From: Turneriella sp.
Lineage (GTDB): Bacteria; Spirochaetota; Leptospiria; Turneriellales; Turneriellaceae
Length of the DNA: 64,000 nucleotides
Reading direction: 5' to 3'
Assembly (NCBI GenBank): GCA_965279515.1
Contig: CBDIID010000003.1
Span: forward strand, 4,704,001 to 4,768,000
A program made the position numbers and the translations under genes. The notes under the pieces are model-generated. The model was not told where the DNA came from and searched no databases. It worked only from the letters and a program-made list of their open reading frames with translations. This document shows positions 19,823 through 29,774 of the stretch, one piece after another. Numbering within the stretch: the stretch's first letter is position 1; the number at the start of each line of letters is the position of its first letter.

Positions 19823-19851
19823 AAAATGGAGGTTGAAAGTCACGGTGTCAA
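19823..19851 (-). promoter_or_regulatory. Sigma-70-type promoter of greA
   Basis: Minus strand TTGACA-17 nt-CATTTT. Confidence 0.65.
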
Positions 19852-19939
19852 GGACAAATAGGGCCGCAGGCCATTGCCGTTCCCTGCGTTTTCAGCTTTT
19901 TTGCAACGTCAGCCGGCCCTTTTGCATCTGATATTCAGT

Positions 19940-20671
19940 TTGAGAAAGACATCCCCCCTAAAGAAAAAGAAACCCGTAAAACGGTCACGCCCGCCGGTCA
20001 TCGACCGCGCAGCTATACGTGCGCGCAAACGAGTACGGCATACGCGCTTCAAGCGCGCGATGCGCTATGAGATCGCCAATCTGCTGACGCACGGTATTGG
20101 CCTGGGGCTTGCGGTTGCCGGCACGGCATTTCTGATCGCGCGCGGCGCCGCGGCCCACGATGCGATGCGCGTCGTCGGTTACAGCATCTTTGGCGCATCC
20201 ATGGTGTTCCTCTATCTCGCATCGAGCCTCTACCATGCGCTCTGGCATCCGCTGATAAAAAGAATCATGCGCCGTTTCGACCACAGTGCGATTTTCTTTG
20301 CGATTGCCGGCACCTACACGCCGATTCTCCTCATTGCCTTGCATGGCCCCTTAGGCTGGACGTTCTTTGGCATCGTCTGGGGGCTGGCACTTTTGGGGAT
20401 TACCTTTAAGCTCGTGTTTGGTCACCGCTATGAAGCCGTTTCGCTGACAGCCTACATTCTCATGGGCTGGCTGGTTGTCTTCATCGTCAAACCCGTCTAT
20501 GTCTCGCTTTCAGGCGGCGGCCTATGGCTGCTTTTTTCCGGTGGGATTTCCTACACTGCCGGCACTATTTTTTATGCAATGCCGCGGCTTCCGTACCACC
20601 ATATGATCTGGCATCTTTTTGTGCTCGGCGGCAGCGTGTGTCATTTCCTCTGCATTTATCTCTATGTGTAG
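19940..20671 (+). CDS. Hemolysin III / PAQR family membrane protein
   Basis: EIANLLTHG, SSLYH, DHSAI..IAGTYTP, Y..MGW, H.IWH.FV...H. Start uncertain (TTG 19940 or ATG 20060). Confidence 0.9.
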   Translation: MRKTSPLKKKKPVKRSRPPVIDRAAIRARKRVRHTRFKRAMRYEIANLLTHGIGLGLAVAGTAFLIARGAAAHDAMRVVGYSIFGASMVFLYLASSLYHALWHPLIKRIMRRFDHSAIFFAIAGTYTPILLIALHGPLGWTFFGIVWGLALLGITFKLVFGHRYEAVSLTAYILMGWLVVFIVKPVYVSLSGGGLWLLFSGGISYTAGTIFYAMPRLPYHHMIWHLFVLGGSVCHFLCIYLYV

Positions 20672-20753
20672 GTACATAGGATTTTCCGTTTCTTAGAATT
20701 CGCTTTACGCCGCTAACAAAAGGGCCGGCGTTCGCTTCTTGCTTTCGTCCCCC

Positions 20754-23036
20754 GTGAAAATCCTGCTGGTGCTTTTGTCGGCATTGAATCCCGCCGCATT
20801 GTTCGCCGAGAATACACTTGCACCGGTTATGACGGCGGTTTATACGGTTCAGCCCTCGGCCCTGAGTGCAGCCGAAATCCAAAATCTGCATGACTATTTG
20901 CCCGTACCGGCAAATGGCATTAACCACGGTTTTTCACAGCAGCACTATTACCTGAAGGTCAGCTTTACGAACGGGCAACAACCCTATTCGGGAATTCTGG
21001 AATTCCCGTTTAACCGCCTGCGCCAGGTCGACCTGATGACTCAAAACGCCGGTACCTGGATCACGGTTGCCAATGGCGCGAATGTGCCGATGAGCATGAG
21101 GCCTCTGCGGAATGCCGCTGCGGCATTTCCGCTGGAATTTGCACCGCTGGAAAAAAGGACGTTATTCTTTCATATTGCCTCGGATACTGCGATCAAGATT
21201 CAGCTGAATCTCAAAACCCAAATCGGGTTTTTCCAGGGCCGTGCTGACAATCTGATTCTTTACGGAATTTACGCAGGCCTGTTCTTACTGATGATTATCT
21301 ATAACCTGATTCTGTTCTGGGCATTCCGCGAAAAATCGTATCTCACCTACCTGATGACGAATGTTGCGGGCCTTGTCTATTACCTGGCTTTCGACGGTAT
21401 CTGGGCAACCTATGTGATGCCCGAACTGCCGCGCCTCGCGCATGCAACGCAGGCCAGCGCTTCCCTCTTGCAGTCCGGCACTTATCTGATTTTCATCGCG
21501 CAGTTTGCACCTGTTCGACAGAAAAGTGTCCTGCTGCACCGTGCGCTCTATGGCTATGGCACGGCGCTGATGCTGCTCGCTGCTCTCGGGCATTTCACAG
21601 TCGGGCCGGCACTCATGAATAAGCTGAGTCTCAACCTCGCCATCTCAGCGATTTTACTGGGACTCTGCGCAACGGTCATTTTACAGGTGAAAAAAAGTAT
21701 TGCGCTGCGCCTTTTCCAGTTCGGCAATTTCTTCCTTGTAATCGGCGCGGCTGTGTTCATTTTATTTTTTTTCGGCATTCTGCCTGATAATTTCCTCAAC
21801 CGCAATGCGCTGCGCATCGGCACGCTCACCGAACTCATTTTCTTCTCCATGGCACTGGCGACGCGTATCCGCACGATGGATGAGAGCCGCCGCCTCGCCG
21901 AGGTCAGGGCCGGGGCGCGCACACAGTTTGCGGCAAACCTCTCGCATGAAATCCGCACGCCGCTGACGGCGATCGTGGGTGTCGCCGACCTGCTTGCTGA
22001 AACCGAACTACAACCGCAGCAGAAGAAGTATGTGCGGTCACTGCAGTCGGCGACGCAGGCGATGCATGCGCTCGCCAACGACGTTTTGACCTTCGCGAAA
22101 CTGGATACCGACAAGGTGCGGGTCGAAAAAATTTCCTTTGCACCCGGTGAAGTTGTGAGCCGCACCTTAGACATTTACCGTTTCAAGGCGGCTGAACGAA
22201 AAATTACACTGTCGGCCGATCTGCCGCCAGCGGGGGATATCCACCTGATGGGAGACCCGGGCAAGATCGGACAGATTCTGAACAACCTTGTCGGCAATGC
22301 CGTCAAGTTTACGCCGGAAAACGGCAGCATTACGCTGAAGCTAAAGGTTGAGGTCGTTGCAAACAAATACCTTTTCGAGGTGCGTGTCGAAGATACCGGC
22401 ATCGGCATTGCGAAGGAAAAACTCGCGGGCTTGTTCGAAGCCTATGCCCAGGCCGACGCTGCGACCGAGCGACTTTATGGCGGCACAGGCCTGGGGCTTC
22501 ATATCAGCCGGCGCCTCGCCAAACTCATGAACGGGAATCTCGAGGCCGAAAGCGCAGAGGGTAAAGGCAGCACGTTTACGCTGACGCTCTACCTCGACCC
22601 TGCGCCCGCGCTGGTGGCCAAGGCGCAGGTGGATTACGCGCGCCTGGTGCGGCTGCTTCCGCGTCCGCTGAATATTCTGCACATCGATGACCAGGCAGAC
22701 ATACGCATGCTGTTCCAGTTCTATTTTGCGGGCACGCAGCATCACCTCGACAGCGCTGAATCAGCGGAAGAGGGTGTAGAACTTTACAAAAAGCACCACC
22801 ACGACTTTGTGTTTTCAGACATCCACATGCCTGGAATCGGCGGCATGCAGGGACTCGCCCAGATTGCCGCGTATGCGAAGGAGCACAACCTGACCGTGCA
22901 CCGCATTCTCTGCTCGGGCAGCATGGACCCCGCAGAGCTGCGCGGCCAGGATGTCCGCGTTTTGTTAAAGCCGATTCGTACCCGCGACGTCTATGCGACG
23001 ATCATCGAGGCGGGGCATTTCAACTTACCTAAGTAA
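20754..23036 (+). CDS. 7TM-DISM hybrid sensor histidine kinase/response regulator
   Basis: Signal peptide, extracellular domain, ~7 TMs, SHEIRTPL H-box, NLVGNAVKFT, DTGIG, GGTGLGL, receiver (DD...SDIHMP...KP). Confidence 0.9.
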   Translation: MKILLVLLSALNPAALFAENTLAPVMTAVYTVQPSALSAAEIQNLHDYLPVPANGINHGFSQQHYYLKVSFTNGQQPYSGILEFPFNRLRQVDLMTQNAGTWITVANGANVPMSMRPLRNAAAAFPLEFAPLEKRTLFFHIASDTAIKIQLNLKTQIGFFQGRADNLILYGIYAGLFLLMIIYNLILFWAFREKSYLTYLMTNVAGLVYYLAFDGIWATYVMPELPRLAHATQASASLLQSGTYLIFIAQFAPVRQKSVLLHRALYGYGTALMLLAALGHFTVGPALMNKLSLNLAISAILLGLCATVILQVKKSIALRLFQFGNFFLVIGAAVFILFFFGILPDNFLNRNALRIGTLTELIFFSMALATRIRTMDESRRLAEVRAGARTQFAANLSHEIRTPLTAIVGVADLLAETELQPQQKKYVRSLQSATQAMHALANDVLTFAKLDTDKVRVEKISFAPGEVVSRTLDIYRFKAAERKITLSADLPPAGDIHLMGDPGKIGQILNNLVGNAVKFTPENGSITLKLKVEVVANKYLFEVRVEDTGIGIAKEKLAGLFEAYAQADAATERLYGGTGLGLHISRRLAKLMNGNLEAESAEGKGSTFTLTLYLDPAPALVAKAQVDYARLVRLLPRPLNILHIDDQADIRMLFQFYFAGTQHHLDSAESAEEGVELYKKHHHDFVFSDIHMPGIGGMQGLAQIAAYAKEHNLTVHRILCSGSMDPAELRGQDVRVLLKPIRTRDVYATIIEAGHFNLPK

Positions 23037-23586
23037 AAACGGCGCCTGTGCGGATCAGGTAAAATGCCTGCACACACTGAACGAGCATCGTGCCTACCTG
23101 GGCCAGCAGCTGCACTCTCTCAGCCGTAGATATTTTATGATCTTTGGCGGCGTCCTGAAAACCCTGAATCAGGTTGAGTACCTTGGGTTCAAGAACGCTG
23201 TTTACCCAATCGTGTAACGAGAAGCGCACCGTGACCTCCGCGGGGTTCATGTGTCCCTTGATAATAAAACCGTCTTTGCCTTCGGTGACTTCCGGGTTAT
23301 TGGCATATGAGGCGGCATGCTCCATGTCGTAGACGCGCAGGTGCACCGCGGCGAGATTGCGGATCAGCATGTGCAGTATGTTGGCGACGTTGGCTTTTTC
23401 CTGCCCGAGCATGCGGTCGTCGTCCTTCATGTAGCGGCGGATCAGGGTCTCCAGGTGTGTTTTCTGCTTTGCGATCTCGATGAGCAGATCGGCAAGGCGC
23501 TGCTGCCGGTAGTCGATGAGCAATATGTCGCTGAAGATGAAGGCGCCGTTTCTTCTGATATCGAGTAGCTGGTGTTCTTTTGCCAT
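23029..23586 (-). CDS. Hypothetical protein
   Basis: ATG 23586 lies just after the tag stop; helical, charged protein with no recognised motif. Confidence 0.65.
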   Translation of the reverse strand: MAKEHQLLDIRRNGAFIFSDILLIDYRQQRLADLLIEIAKQKTHLETLIRRYMKDDDRMLGQEKANVANILHMLIRNLAAVHLRVYDMEHAASYANNPEVTEGKDGFIIKGHMNPAEVTVRFSLHDWVNSVLEPKVLNLIQGFQDAAKDHKISTAERVQLLAQVGTMLVQCVQAFYLIRTGAVFT

Positions 23587-23587
23587 A

Positions 23588-24211
23588 TCAACCCCGTTGA
23601 ATCTCCTTGTAACGAAAGCAGCTGACCTCGTGGTCATTGACCATCCCCGTCGCCTGCATGTGCGCGTAAATGATGGTTGAGCCGACAAAGCTGAAGCCGC
23701 GCGCTTTGAGATCTTTACTGATGGCATCGGAAACCTTTGTCTTAGGCGGAGCGCTTCGGTAGCTCGTCAGTTTATTCACAGTGGGTTTGCCATCGACAAA
23801 CGACCACATGTATTTGGCGAATGAGCCAAACTCTTTCTGGATCGCGAGAAAACCGCGCGCGTTTTTCACGGCGGCGGCGATCTTCTGCCGGTTGCGGATG
23901 ATGCCGGCATCGAGCATGAGCTTTTTGAGTTTGGCTTCTTTATAGGATGCGATTTTTTCTGCGTCGAAATTATCAAAGGCCTTGCGGAAGTTTTCGCGTT
24001 TTCTGAGGATAGTGATCCAGCTTAAGCCTGCCTGCATGCCTTCGAGAATCAGGAATTCAAACAGTTTGCGGTCATCGTGCACCGGCACGCCCCATTCTGT
24101 GTCGTGGTAATGCACATAGAGCGCATCGTCGCCAGGCCAGGGACAGCGCCGGCGTCCATCGGCCGCTTTTTTCTCATAACGGGGTGGGGATGGCTTTTTT
24201 TTGAGGGCCAT
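23588..24211 (-). CDS. tag: DNA-3-methyladenine glycosylase I
   Basis: RCPW, YHDTEWG, LEGMQAGLSW, IIRNR.KI, FVG.T..YA.MQA.G.VNDH...C. Confidence 0.95.
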   Translation of the reverse strand: MALKKKPSPPRYEKKAADGRRRCPWPGDDALYVHYHDTEWGVPVHDDRKLFEFLILEGMQAGLSWITILRKRENFRKAFDNFDAEKIASYKEAKLKKLMLDAGIIRNRQKIAAAVKNARGFLAIQKEFGSFAKYMWSFVDGKPTVNKLTSYRSAPPKTKVSDAISKDLKARGFSFVGSTIIYAHMQATGMVNDHEVSCFRYKEIQRG

Positions 24212-24284
24212 CGCTCAGCCATGATTTCCAGAACCAGCGCCAAGCAAAAAAGCCTTACTTGACGCGGCCAAAGCCTCTGGTAAC

Positions 24285-24998
24285 ATGCAGCGTCCTATGT
24301 GGCGGCTGTACCTTACCAATTTCTGGCTTTTGCTGATGACGATTCTGGCCCTGCCGTTTCTGCTCATCCGCTTCCGCCACGGCAACAATACCAGCTTTCT
24401 GATGTATATCTATGCCTGGCTGGCACAATACACGAGCGGCATCCGCGTCAAAATTCTGGGCCGCGAAAATATCCTGCCTGGCCCTGCGGTCTATGTCTTC
24501 AACCACCAGAGCTCGCTTGACGGCATTCCGCTGGGTATGCTGCGTGTGCCGCGGCTGGTCATCATCGGCAAAAAAGAGATCGTCTATGTGCCCTTCATCG
24601 GCTGGACGTTTTATCTCGCCGGCAATGTGCTCATCCACCGCGGCGACGCCCGCAAGGCCCGGGGGCAGCTCGATGCGGGCATCCATGCGATTAAGCGGCG
24701 CAAGGTTTCCATCGCCATTTTTCCCGAAGGGGCACGCAATAGAGACTCGGTGGGATTTCTCCCTTTTAAGAGAGGAGGCTTCCAGATGGCGATTGACGCT
24801 CAAGTGCCTATAGTTCCGGTAGTGATTCAATCCTTCAAACACGTCTATGACAAAAAGGCCGGTAAAATGCAATCGGGTACGGTGCAGGTGAAGGTTTTAC
24901 CGGCCGTCAGCACCGCGGGGTTGGGGCATAAAGAGGCGCAGAGGCTAGCCGAAACGGTGCAACACCAGATGGAAGCCGAATTTGACGTCCTGAAGTAG
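24285..24998 (+). CDS. plsC: 1-acyl-sn-glycerol-3-phosphate acyltransferase
   Basis: NHQSSLD, FPEG.R, PFK.G.F, PIVPV. Start may be 24297. Confidence 0.9.
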   Translation: MQRPMWRLYLTNFWLLLMTILALPFLLIRFRHGNNTSFLMYIYAWLAQYTSGIRVKILGRENILPGPAVYVFNHQSSLDGIPLGMLRVPRLVIIGKKEIVYVPFIGWTFYLAGNVLIHRGDARKARGQLDAGIHAIKRRKVSIAIFPEGARNRDSVGFLPFKRGGFQMAIDAQVPIVPVVIQSFKHVYDKKAGKMQSGTVQVKVLPAVSTAGLGHKEAQRLAETVQHQMEAEFDVLK

Positions 24999-25065
24999 CG
25001 CCATTGACATCTCCCTGATAGGGCGAAAAAAATCAGTTTTCATGGGAACCACGTTCTCAATGCAA

Positions 25066-25082
25066 GTGATAATGATTCTCAC
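25066..25082 (+). promoter_or_regulatory. Fur-family box upstream of exbB
   Basis: G-TGATAAT-G-ATTCTCA-C, a 7-1-7 inverted repeat one mismatch from TGATAAT-N-ATTATCA. TTGACA at 25004. Confidence 0.8.
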
Positions 25083-25121
25083 AATGACTCGGGTTTCGAT
25101 TCTGGCCGTGGCGGCAAACAG

Positions 25122-25790
25122 ATGAACGAACTCTTCAAAAAAAGTGCTCTCTTAGGCGATGTCTGGGTACTCTGGATTCTCCTTTTTGCCAGCATACTTT
25201 CCGTGGCAGTCATGATCGATCGCTGGCGCATTTTCCGCATGAACCGGCTGGATTTCCCCGCGTTTCTGGAAAAGCTGCGCAATTTTCTTGAAGCCGATAA
25301 CACCCCGGGTGCCCTCAAACTCTGCGCAGAGCATGACGTACTCGAGTCGCGGGTGGCGCTCACAGGGCTTAAAAACTTTCACCGCGGCGCTGCCTCTGTC
25401 GAAGAGGCGATGAAATCGGGCCTGGTGCTCGAGCGCAGCAATTTTGAAAAAAATCTGATTATACTTTCTACCATGGGCAACAATGCGCCCTTCATCGGCC
25501 TCTTGGGTACAGTACTCGGCGTTATCAAAGCTTTCCACGATCTGGGTGTTGCCGGCAGTTCGGGAGTTTCCGTCGTCATGTCGGGTATCTCCGCCGCGCT
25601 CATCGCCACGGCATTCGGTATTCTGCTGGCGATACCGGCGGTTATCGCGAACAACTTTTTTCAAACCCGCCTGAAACGCTCTGTCGTGAATACCCAGAGC
25701 CTTATCCACCTGATGCAGGTTTACCTGCGCTCAGAGGGCAAGCCTGCGCATGGAAAACATACTCCCAGGCATGAGAAGGTTAGTGCATGA
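25122..25790 (+). CDS. exbB: ExbB/TolQ/MotA proton channel protein
   Basis: APFIGLLGTVLGVI.AF and ISAALIATAFGI..AIPA. Confidence 0.92.
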   Translation: MNELFKKSALLGDVWVLWILLFASILSVAVMIDRWRIFRMNRLDFPAFLEKLRNFLEADNTPGALKLCAEHDVLESRVALTGLKNFHRGAASVEEAMKSGLVLERSNFEKNLIILSTMGNNAPFIGLLGTVLGVIKAFHDLGVAGSSGVSVVMSGISAALIATAFGILLAIPAVIANNFFQTRLKRSVVNTQSLIHLMQVYLRSEGKPAHGKHTPRHEKVSA

Positions 25791-26185
25791 ACGTTGATAC
25801 CGAAGAAGATGGCGTTGTCACCGGCATCAATGTCACGCCGCTCGTTGATATTACGCTGGTTTTGCTTATTATCTTTATGGTCACTGCCCACTTCGTAAAC
25901 GATATCGGCGTTAAGGTGCAGTTGCCCAAAGCAGCTGCGGCCGAGAACACACCGACACCCGCGCTTACCGTCACTGTCGCCAAAAACGGCGATATCATGC
26001 TGATGTCACAGAAGGTGGATCTCAACGGCCTCAAGGCTAACATGGCGCGTGAGGCGGCCCTTAACCCCGGTGTGCGCGTCGTTGTCGCCGCCGACGAAGC
26101 CCTCATCTATAAAAATGTCATCAAGGTTCTCGACGTGATCAAAGGAGCAGGCGTAACGCGCGTTGCGCTGTCATCGGAGAAGTAA
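25787..26185 (+). CDS. exbD: ExbD/TolR biopolymer transport protein
   Basis: INVTPLVDITLVLLIIFMV with the conserved Asp; AD...Y..VI.VLD. Confidence 0.92.
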   Translation: MNVDTEEDGVVTGINVTPLVDITLVLLIIFMVTAHFVNDIGVKVQLPKAAAAENTPTPALTVTVAKNGDIMLMSQKVDLNGLKANMAREAALNPGVRVVVAADEALIYKNVIKVLDVIKGAGVTRVALSSEK

Positions 26186-26800
26186 ATGTTAACAAGCATC
26201 TACAGCAAAATTGCATCGACGGCACTCTTGAGTTCCATGGCACTCCATGCAACGGCCGGCGGGTCATTCTATCTTTGGGTGGTGATGAGCCGCCACGGTA
26301 ATGTTCAGGAAATCGAACTGACTTCCGCGCCGCTCGTGCCGCGCAGTGCGAACCAGCAAAATGCAGAATCCAAAGACGACGACTGGTTTCTTGTGCAGAA
26401 GCACCGCAAGCTGGCGAAGGTACCCGACCAGAAGAAAGAGGTGCCGAAAGAGGCCAATACCTGCAAAGGTAAATGCGCCGAAGGCAGCGCGGGTCTCGGC
26501 GATTTTGTACCTGCCAGCGATGCACACCGCAAGCCCAAATGGGTGGGTAATTTTATCACTCCGAACGATTATCCGCTGCTGGCAAAACAGCAGGGCAAAG
26601 ACGGCCGCGTGGTGCTCAGCGTCATCATCGATAATGAGGGCAGGGTGCGCGACGCGCAGCTGCTCGAGGGCAGTTACGAAGCGTTAAACGAAGTTGCGCT
26701 CGCCAAGGTACGCGAAGCGGTCTTTTCACCGGCATACGACAAGGACGGCAATGCCGTTGCCTGCAAGGTCAGATTACCCATCCGTTTTGAGTTGAAGTAG
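26186..26800 (+). CDS. tonB: Short TonB energy transducer
   Basis: SxxLH anchor; C-terminal YP..A...G..G.V.L...ID..G.V and PIRF.L. Confidence 0.88.
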   Translation: MLTSIYSKIASTALLSSMALHATAGGSFYLWVVMSRHGNVQEIELTSAPLVPRSANQQNAESKDDDWFLVQKHRKLAKVPDQKKEVPKEANTCKGKCAEGSAGLGDFVPASDAHRKPKWVGNFITPNDYPLLAKQQGKDGRVVLSVIIDNEGRVRDAQLLEGSYEALNEVALAKVREAVFSPAYDKDGNAVACKVRLPIRFELK

Positions 26801-26847
26801 GCTGAATTTTAATATTTCCCAATAACTAGTAGAAGAATCAGGAGTAA

Positions 26848-29061
26848 ATGAAAATGAGTTTCAAAATCATTAAAGGCGCGTCGCTTGTGACGCTTGTGGC
26901 GGGAGTGTTATTCGCGCAAAAGGTCAATCCCCCTGTGCCGGCAAAGCCCGCAGCGGCGGCCAAGGCGTCCGACACAACGGGGAAGCCGGCGGCTGAGGCA
27001 GCGATAAAACCTGTCACGGAAGCTCAGATGGATGAAGTCCTGGTGCAAGCGAATTCACGCGTGACCGGGTCGAAAACTGACGTGCCTGTGCACGATACTC
27101 CGGCGTCTATTATAACCGTGCCAAAAGAAATTATCGAAGACCAGATGGCTGTCGACATGAATTCGATGGTGCGCAACGTGAGTGGTGTAAACCCACAACT
27201 CGGTGGCGGTTATGGTTTTGCGGATAGCTATACGATTCGTGGTCTCAACATGCGTTTTCTCCGCGACGGTTTTGCTGACGGCGCCGCATTTAACGGTTAT
27301 ATGCGCACCATGACGGACGTTGAAAGCGTCGAAGTACTGAAAGGGCCGGGGTCTGCTCTTTATGGGCGCAACGAACCGGGCGGTGCTATCAATATCACGA
27401 CAAAGAAACCATTGGACAGGTTTGCTGCTTCGGGCGAGGTTATGGCTGGGTTTTGGAATACCTATCGGGTCGCGGCGGATGTGGGTGGCCCTCTCGTTGA
27501 TAATAAGTTGCTGACGCGTTTTAACACCGCTTACTTTAAGACAGACGGTTACCGTGGCCTGTCCCGGGAAATTATTGAAGTATTGCCGACGGTAACATGG
27601 AACTTCAATGATAAACACGCCTTAACGCTCGACTACGATTTCCGCAGAATAAAAACCACACCCGATAACTATGGTATTCTGTTTGATGCGAATAATGCGA
27701 TAGCGGCCGTTAGTCCTTCGACGACATATTACTCACCGCAGAACAACGCACTCCAAACTGTAAATAGAATCTCCGCCCTCTATGAGGGTAAATTCTCAAA
27801 CCAGTTCAAATTGCGCTCAGCGATCATCTATGATGACCGTGATATATCTTTTGTGCGGAATGCGAATGTGGCCGTCAGCGCATTGGGTGTGGTGTCCGGT
27901 CGCGACTTTCGTGTGCAACGCGACAAAGCAAATTCAGTATTGCAACAGAATGAAGTTGTCCTGAAATTTTTGACAGGTGAGCTTGCCCATACGGTTCTCG
28001 CCGGTCTCGAATTTGAATATGCACGCGTTGCGTCGGTCAGAGATAGTTATGGAAATATCACGGGTGCCGCTGCCGCAACTGCAACGAATCTGCCAAACCT
28101 GAGTTTACTGAATCCGATTCGGACAGAGAGCGATTACACTGCCTATACCAGGAATGCAGGTGGTTCCTTCGATCGACTTATCGAAACGTATACCTATAGC
28201 GCTTATGCTCAGGAGCAGGTCACGATCACCAAGCAGATCAAGGCTCGAGTTGGATTGCGCTGGGATCATGTGGATGCTCAGGATGCGGGGACGCAAGGTA
28301 CATCGGTGCGGACGATTGGCATGGGCCGAGATTTGATCAGCTGGCAGACGGGCGCCGTCTATCAACCCTGCCAACCGGTCTCCTTTTACGCTGGCTATTC
28401 CGAAGGGAAGTTTATCGCTATCAACACCGAGGCAACAGCACTGTTCGTAACTCCGGAAACTTCAAGACAGGTTGAGCTCGGCAATAAAACAACCTGGTTC
28501 AAAGATCGCCTTCAGACAAATCTCGCCCTCTTTCAGACCACACGTACCAATTACCCGATCACCGATACCAGCGGTAACGTGAATGTCTTTAACGGCAAAC
28601 GAGTTATCAATGGCGTCGAACTGGATATTTCCGGTAATCCATTTGCCGGATTCTGGATCATTTTCAACACAACATATATGGACGCGAAAATCGCCGGTGA
28701 CGAAACGGTCACCGTAAGCGGCACCCGGTACAATCTGGATGGCAAGATTCCGCAGAATATCCCTGAATATGCCGGATCACTTTGGGCGACTTACCAGATT
28801 CAAACGGGGTTCTTTAAAGGCTTCGGCTTTGGTGGTGGTCCGACCGTTAAAGCGGGTACTTATGTGGATGCGCGGAACTTACTTCGCATTCCGGGTTACA
28901 TTGTCGCCGATGCCGTATTGTTTTACAAGCGTGAAAACTGGCAGGTACAGATCAACTTCCGCAACATCACCAACGAAGTCTATTATGCAACACCCACCTT
29001 TGCCGGCGCACTGCCCAGCGAGCCGTTCAATTTTACGGTTTCCGCGAAGGCGCGGATTTAA
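26848..29061 (+). CDS. TonB-dependent (siderophore-type) outer-membrane receptor
   Basis: Signal peptide, DEVLVQA TonB box, plug (TP.SI..., IRG, VEVLKGPGSALYG..EPGG.IN..TKKP), barrel ending N.TNEVYY. AGGAG RBS. Confidence 0.93.
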   Translation: MKMSFKIIKGASLVTLVAGVLFAQKVNPPVPAKPAAAAKASDTTGKPAAEAAIKPVTEAQMDEVLVQANSRVTGSKTDVPVHDTPASIITVPKEIIEDQMAVDMNSMVRNVSGVNPQLGGGYGFADSYTIRGLNMRFLRDGFADGAAFNGYMRTMTDVESVEVLKGPGSALYGRNEPGGAINITTKKPLDRFAASGEVMAGFWNTYRVAADVGGPLVDNKLLTRFNTAYFKTDGYRGLSREIIEVLPTVTWNFNDKHALTLDYDFRRIKTTPDNYGILFDANNAIAAVSPSTTYYSPQNNALQTVNRISALYEGKFSNQFKLRSAIIYDDRDISFVRNANVAVSALGVVSGRDFRVQRDKANSVLQQNEVVLKFLTGELAHTVLAGLEFEYARVASVRDSYGNITGAAAATATNLPNLSLLNPIRTESDYTAYTRNAGGSFDRLIETYTYSAYAQEQVTITKQIKARVGLRWDHVDAQDAGTQGTSVRTIGMGRDLISWQTGAVYQPCQPVSFYAGYSEGKFIAINTEATALFVTPETSRQVELGNKTTWFKDRLQTNLALFQTTRTNYPITDTSGNVNVFNGKRVINGVELDISGNPFAGFWIIFNTTYMDAKIAGDETVTVSGTRYNLDGKIPQNIPEYAGSLWATYQIQTGFFKGFGFGGGPTVKAGTYVDARNLLRIPGYIVADAVLFYKRENWQVQINFRNITNEVYYATPTFAGALPSEPFNFTVSAKARI

Positions 29062-29075
29062 TCAGGAGACGACAT

Positions 29076-29747
29076 ATGAAAAAACTCATCCTTACCGGAT
29101 TCTTGGCACTGCTACCCGCCACGCTCTCAGCGCACTACATCTGGCTTGAACGTGACGGCGACGACGAGGCGCGCGTCTACTACGGCGAAATCCAGGACGG
29201 CGAGCGCGAGGTTTCGCCCGGAAAGCTCGACAAAATCAAAGGCCTGAAAATCTTCACGACCGATAAGACCAGCACGGCGAAAGAAGTGGCGCATAAGAAA
29301 AACGCAAAGCACTTTACTGCAACCGGCGTTAAGGGAAGTGAATTCGTCGTCGCCTCGGCGCTCGACGTGCCGGTCACCGACATGAAAAAATACAACTGGG
29401 GCATGGTGAAGCCGAACTACTATGCCCGTTTCGGCGCGCGCACAGCCGCTACCGCTGTGAAACCGGTCACGACGCTCGACATTGTGCCGGCTGCGGGCGG
29501 CGACAATGAAATCCAGGTCTTTTTCCAGGGTAAACCCCTGGAAGGTGAGAAGGTCATGCTCTATGCTCCGAACACCTGGATGAAAGAATATAAAACCGAT
29601 AAGAATGGCAAAATCAAGATGGATGTCCCGTGGGCAGGGCAATACGTAATCGAAGTGATCCATACCGAAAAAACGCCGGGTAAATTCGAAGGTAAAGACT
29701 ACGAGTCGGTGCGCCACCGCGCAACCTACACCTTCATTAAAAAGTGA
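29076..29747 (+). CDS. DUF4198-type periplasmic metal-binding protein
   Basis: Signal peptide followed by A|HYIWLE, LDIVP, TDKNG, W.G.Y, H.ATYTF. Confidence 0.75.
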   Translation: MKKLILTGFLALLPATLSAHYIWLERDGDDEARVYYGEIQDGEREVSPGKLDKIKGLKIFTTDKTSTAKEVAHKKNAKHFTATGVKGSEFVVASALDVPVTDMKKYNWGMVKPNYYARFGARTAATAVKPVTTLDIVPAAGGDNEIQVFFQGKPLEGEKVMLYAPNTWMKEYKTDKNGKIKMDVPWAGQYVIEVIHTEKTPGKFEGKDYESVRHRATYTFIKK

Positions 29748-29774
29748 TTTTCTCTCGAGTGTTAGGAGGGTGAG

